Source: a bacterium
Lineage (GTDB): Bacteria > UBA8248
Reading direction: 5' to 3'
Length of the DNA: 64,000 nt
NCBI GenBank assembly: GCA_965204535.1
Contig: CBDBEV010000001.1
Coordinates: forward strand, 2,016,001 to 2,080,000
Part shown: piece by piece, positions 60,329 through 64,000 of the stretch
Numbering within the stretch: position 1 is the stretch's first letter
How the letters are laid out: the number at the start of each line of letters is the position of its first letter
Notes under the pieces: generated by a model
Told to the model about the DNA's origin: nothing
Database searches by the model: none
What the model saw: the letters and a program-made list of their open reading frames with translations, nothing else
Program-made: the position numbers and the translations under genes

Positions 60329-61585
60329 ATGTCATCGGCACTTTCGCTGAGAGATCCCGATATTTTCGCCGCCATGGAAGATGAAAGAGAACGCCAGGCG
60401 GACGAGCTCGAACTCATCGCTTCGGAGAACTACGTGAGCAAAGCGGTGATGGAGGCGGTAGGCGGCGTGATGACGAACAAATATGCGGAGGGATTTCCGG
60501 GAAGACGCTACTATGGCGGGTGTCAGTTCGTGGATGTGGCCGAATCCCTCGCCATCGAGCGGGCGAAGTCTCTTTTCGGTATGGATCACGCTTCCGTGCA
60601 GCCGCACAGCGGCGCCCAGGCAAACGCCGCGGTGTATTACGGCCTGCTGGAGCCGGGCGATACGCTTTTGGGGATGAACCTCTCGCATGGCGGCCACCTG
60701 ACCCATGGGCATCCTGTCACTTTCTCGGGGCGGTGGTTCAAGGTGGTGGCGTATGGCGTGGATCCCGAGAATCACGTCATCGATTTCGACGAAGTGGAAA
60801 GCCAGGCCAAGGAGCACCGTCCCAAAATCATCGTCGTGGGGGCGAGCGCATATCCGCGGGCGATCGATTATGCGCGCTTCAGGGAGATTGCAGATGAAGT
60901 GGGCGCCGTGGTGATGGCGGATATTGCCCACGTTGCGGGGTTGATCGCGGGCGGCGCGCACTCCAGCCCTGCGGGCCATGCGCAGATTGTAACCACCACG
61001 ACGCACAAGACGCTCCGGGGTCCTCGCGGCGGGATGATTCTTTGCGACGAAGACTACGCGACCGAGATGAATAAAGCTGTTTTCCCCGGCCTTCAAGGCG
61101 GACCCTTGATGCACGTCGTCGCGGCCAAGGCGGTGGCGTTCAAGGAGGCAAGCACCCCGGAGTTCAGGGCCTATTCAGAGCAGATTGTGAAAAATGCAAA
61201 GGCGCTTGCGAATGCACTCTTGGAACGCGGCATCCATCTCGTCTCGGGCGGTACGGACAATCACCTGATTCTACTCGATCTGCGTGAGGCCGGTTTCAGC
61301 GGCAAGAAGGCGGAAGCCGCCTTGGGCCAGGCGGGAATCACGGTGAATAAAAACGCGATTCCTTTCGACACCAGAAAGCCGGCTTTCACGAGCGGGATCC
61401 GCGTCGGGACGCCCGCGTTGACTTCGCGCCACATGAAAGAGGCCGAGATGAAAATCGTGGGCGGCTGGATAGCCGACGTGCTGGCCGATATTACGGATGA
61501 AGCGCGTATCGCCTCGGTGAGGGAAGACGTACGCTCGCTTTGTGAGAAATTTCCGATGGGTCCGGACGGATCCAGGCCGGAGTAA
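60329..61585 (+). CDS. glyA: Serine hydroxymethyltransferase
   Basis: [39 protein letters not shown]. Confidence 0.98.
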   Translation: MSSALSLRDPDIFAAMEDERERQADELELIASENYVSKAVMEAVGGVMTNKYAEGFPGRRYYGGCQFVDVAESLAIERAKSLFGMDHASVQPHSGAQANAAVYYGLLEPGDTLLGMNLSHGGHLTHGHPVTFSGRWFKVVAYGVDPENHVIDFDEVESQAKEHRPKIIVVGASAYPRAIDYARFREIADEVGAVVMADIAHVAGLIAGGAHSSPAGHAQIVTTTTHKTLRGPRGGMILCDEDYATEMNKAVFPGLQGGPLMHVVAAKAVAFKEASTPEFRAYSEQIVKNAKALANALLERGIHLVSGGTDNHLILLDLREAGFSGKKAEAALGQAGITVNKNAIPFDTRKPAFTSGIRVGTPALTSRHMKEAEMKIVGGWIADVLADITDEARIASVREDVRSLCEKFPMGPDGSRPE

Positions 61586-61600
61586 AGCGGCGCCTCTGAG

Positions 61601-63013
61601 CTACGGAGGCGGTGTTTCCACTTTCACCACACCCATTTTTTCGAGTTGATGCACGAACGCCAGCGTATGGTGGTCCGCAAAAGGCGCACCCATAATTTGC
61701 GCGCCAAGCGGCAGGCCCTCCTCGCTCATGCCCGATGGAAACGCGGTGGACGGCCCGCCGAGGAAATTCCAAAGCCTTGTCAAGGAGATCATGAGCGTTC
61801 GAATCTCGACTTCTTTCCCACGCACCGTTCCGGTCGACTGAGAGTGCAAAGCGGCGGGGACCGGCGTGGCGGCGGAGAGAACGAGGTCTACCTGGCCGTA
61901 TACCTCTTTGCAGATTTGCTTCGTCCATTGCTCTCTGAATCGAAGCGCCTGGATATACGATGTGGCGGAAATGAAAAAACCGGGCCTGATTCTCTCAAGA
62001 ACCGCGGGATCAAAATCTTGCGCGTTTTCTCTTATGTTTTTTTCATGCACGGCCGCCGCTTCGGATACCATCAGCACGGCCGCCGCATGAAACGCGGTTT
62101 CGACATCGGGTATTTCAATATCGACAACTTTGGCGCCCATTTCCTGAAGCGTCTTTGCCAGATTGTTCACCGCTTCCGCCACGGGAGGTTCCGAGCGTTG
62201 TTCATAGTATTTTCGCGCGTGGCCGATGCGGAATTCTTCGATGGGTTTGCTCAGCGCCCCCATGAAGTCGGGTGGCTCACAGGCGATGGATGAGGCGTCG
62301 GCCGGGTCGTGTCCCGCGATGGCGGACATCATGAGCGCGCAGTCCTGGGCGGACCTCGCCAATGGTCCGAAAGAATCGAGCGACCACGACAACGGCGCGC
62401 AGTTTGATTTCGTGACAAGGCCATGCGTGGGTTTATGCCCTATGACGCCGCACAAAGATGCGGGAATCCGAATAGACCCACCCGTATCGGAGCCGATGGC
62501 GATGGAAACCTGGCCCGTCGCCACGCTGTTGCCCGACCCGCCGCTCGACCCGCCCGTGACCCGCTGGGTATCCCACGGGTTTTTCTGATCTCCGTAATGG
62601 GGGTTGTGCCCGGTGGGGCCAAAGGCGAATTCATGCAGGTTGAGTTTTCCGAGTATCACGCCGCCTGCGCGGCGTATCTTTCGGGCCAGCAAAGCATCTG
62701 AGTCCGCGACGTTTTCTTTGTCGATGATGCTGCCCGCCGTGGTCGGCAGGCCCTCCATATCGATCAAGTCTTTCAGTCCTATCGGCGCCCCGGCCATGGA
62801 CCCCGGGTCGTCACCTCGGGAGATGGCGGCGTCCACTTCCTGCGCCGCCTTCATGGCTCCTTCCGAATCGAGCTTGATCCAGGAGTTCAAAGCCTCCCCG
62901 ATTTTCTCAGAGCGTTCCAGATGCGCCTCGGTGACTTCGGCGGCGCTGATAGTTCTCTCTTTGATTCGTGCGGCGATTTCTGCAGCGGTGAGGGTCGTGA
63001 GGATATCGGCCAA
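61601..63013 (-). CDS. Amidase-signature family amidase
   Basis: LKD, GKLNLHEFA, GGSSGGS, GSDTGGSIRIPA (Ser-cisSer-Lys triad). Confidence 0.92.
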   Translation of the reverse strand: MADILTTLTAAEIAARIKERTISAAEVTEAHLERSEKIGEALNSWIKLDSEGAMKAAQEVDAAISRGDDPGSMAGAPIGLKDLIDMEGLPTTAGSIIDKENVADSDALLARKIRRAGGVILGKLNLHEFAFGPTGHNPHYGDQKNPWDTQRVTGGSSGGSGNSVATGQVSIAIGSDTGGSIRIPASLCGVIGHKPTHGLVTKSNCAPLSWSLDSFGPLARSAQDCALMMSAIAGHDPADASSIACEPPDFMGALSKPIEEFRIGHARKYYEQRSEPPVAEAVNNLAKTLQEMGAKVVDIEIPDVETAFHAAAVLMVSEAAAVHEKNIRENAQDFDPAVLERIRPGFFISATSYIQALRFREQWTKQICKEVYGQVDLVLSAATPVPAALHSQSTGTVRGKEVEIRTLMISLTRLWNFLGGPSTAFPSGMSEEGLPLGAQIMGAPFADHHTLAFVHQLEKMGVVKVETPPP

Positions 63014-63014
63014 T

Positions 63015-63215
63015 TTATTTCTCCCTCGTGAGGGAGCGCAAGAATCCGGAGTGTCCGGCAGGTTCTGTTTTTGGTGATAGGTTTTCCACTAATTGTGGAT
63101 TTCCTTTTTCCATGTTTTCCATTGTGGCGATGATAACGGCGCGGCGCTCGGAGTCGAGTGAATCACCGAACACGTCTTCACACCGGGATATTAGCGAATC
63201 CTCTGAAATCGGCAT
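63015..63215 (-). CDS. Small protein upstream of the amidase (possible GatC/AtzG-like partner)
   Basis: 66 aa MPISEDSL...L.P.TEPA; AGGAG RBS; stop 1 bp before the amidase start. Confidence 0.55.
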   Translation of the reverse strand: MPISEDSLISRCEDVFGDSLDSERRAVIIATMENMEKGNPQLVENLSPKTEPAGHSGFLRSLTREK

Positions 63216-63447
63216 ATTTTCTCCTGAGCGAAGAAGGACCTTATGAACATTGGATGGTGTGGCGATTGATTCATGAATGGACACATGATGCTTTTTCTCA
63301 AAAAGTATTGCAATTGAAAAAGCGGAATGGTTTCGATAATGGCGCGGAAGCTTTAGAAGGATTTTCGTTTTCCTGTTGGTTGCCTCTGCTCAAGTCTAGA
63401 GGCAAAATAAAGGTGCTTTTGTTCGACTTCGCCCTCCAGGGGAACTC

Positions 63448-64000
63448 TTGAGTAAATTCAACAGGTTCATCTTCATTATCGCGTTTTTGCCACTATGGGT
63501 AAATGGATGTGTGCCCGGAGCGTTTATGGTCGCCCAAAAGGGTATAAAGAGCGCCTTTGAGGACCGCTCTCTGAACCAGCAGCTTGAAGATGCGAAAATA
63601 CATGCGAATTTATTGCAAGAGTATTTGCGTGTGGATAGTGGTTTGCCTGTCGACGTGAATACGGACGTGTGGGAAGGAAGGGTGTTGTTGACCGGCGTGG
63701 TGGATGCGGAGAGAAAGCGAGAAGCTGTTTTGAGTATTGCGAGGGGCGACCCCAGAATCAAGGCTATATATAATCATATCCTTCTCGGCTCTTCGGACGA
63801 GGTCGAACGCAACCGCGCAGCGGCGAAGACGAAACCGGCCGTAGAGCGCGATATCGTCAAGCTCAGCCGGATTGCCAGCGATGCGTGGATAGAAGCCAAG
63901 CTCAAGGGTCAACTCTTGACGGCAGAGGGCGTGAATTCCGTGAATTACCGCTGGCAGTCCGTGAGAAACAAGGTCTATGTACTCGGCCGTGCAAGAACGG
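63448..64000 (+). CDS. BON-domain lipoprotein (DolP/OsmY-like), runs off the window edge
   Basis: Not in the ORF track; hand translation: signal ending VNGC, EDRSLNQQLEDAKI, VWEGRVLLTGVV, SDAWIEAKLK, VYVLGRA. Confidence 0.85.
   Translation, partial: MSKFNRFIFIIAFLPLWVNGCVPGAFMVAQKGIKSAFEDRSLNQQLEDAKIHANLLQEYLRVDSGLPVDVNTDVWEGRVLLTGVVDAERKREAVLSIARGDPRIKAIYNHILLGSSDEVERNRAAAKTKPAVERDIVKLSRIASDAWIEAKLKGQLLTAEGVNSVNYRWQSVRNKVYVLGRART

Noticed and set aside
61601-63013. gatA of the tRNA-dependent amidotransferase
   Set aside because: No gatB is adjacent and GatA-specific segments are not evident; it is called a generic amidase.

Overview
A 64-kb, mostly GC-rich chromosomal segment from a diderm bacterium: it has a complete tol-pal operon, but the lineage cannot be assigned from the sequence alone. 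The core backbone encodes gluconeogenesis (class I fba, class 1 fbp), bioD, a cell-envelope/peptidoglycan-recycling block (nagA, D-aminoacylase, acidic TPR membrane protein, two M20 hydrolases, anmK, TPR-Slt, tolQRAB-pal-cpoB), ligA, galU, two CBS/CorC proteins, a four-gene aldehyde:ferredoxin oxidoreductase (AOR/WOR) operon, glyA and an amidase. Three visibly AT-richer inserts lie in the first 20 kb. (1) A tightly coupled vsr - MORC/GHKL-ATPase::histidine kinase - receiver::unknown domain - C5 DNA methyltransferase operon with no recognisable restriction enzyme (2.2-7.0 kb). (2) A solitary HEPN-like RxxxxH gene (15.6-16.1 kb). (3) A three-gene operon of TIGR04255 + HEAT-like protein + putative ART-like protein (18.1-20.1 kb). 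Inserts 1 and 3 are the best candidates for uncharacterised defence systems. The 8-12.3 kb region is a nest of selfish elements: a 170-bp MITE next to a truncated RelE-like toxin, an IS1182-family element with an exact 5-bp target duplication inside a palindromic repeat, and short non-autonomous elements sharing the IS ends, one carrying a GTAG REP doublet. No rRNA, tRNA or CRISPR array was seen. All family calls come from motif recognition by eye, not from database searches.
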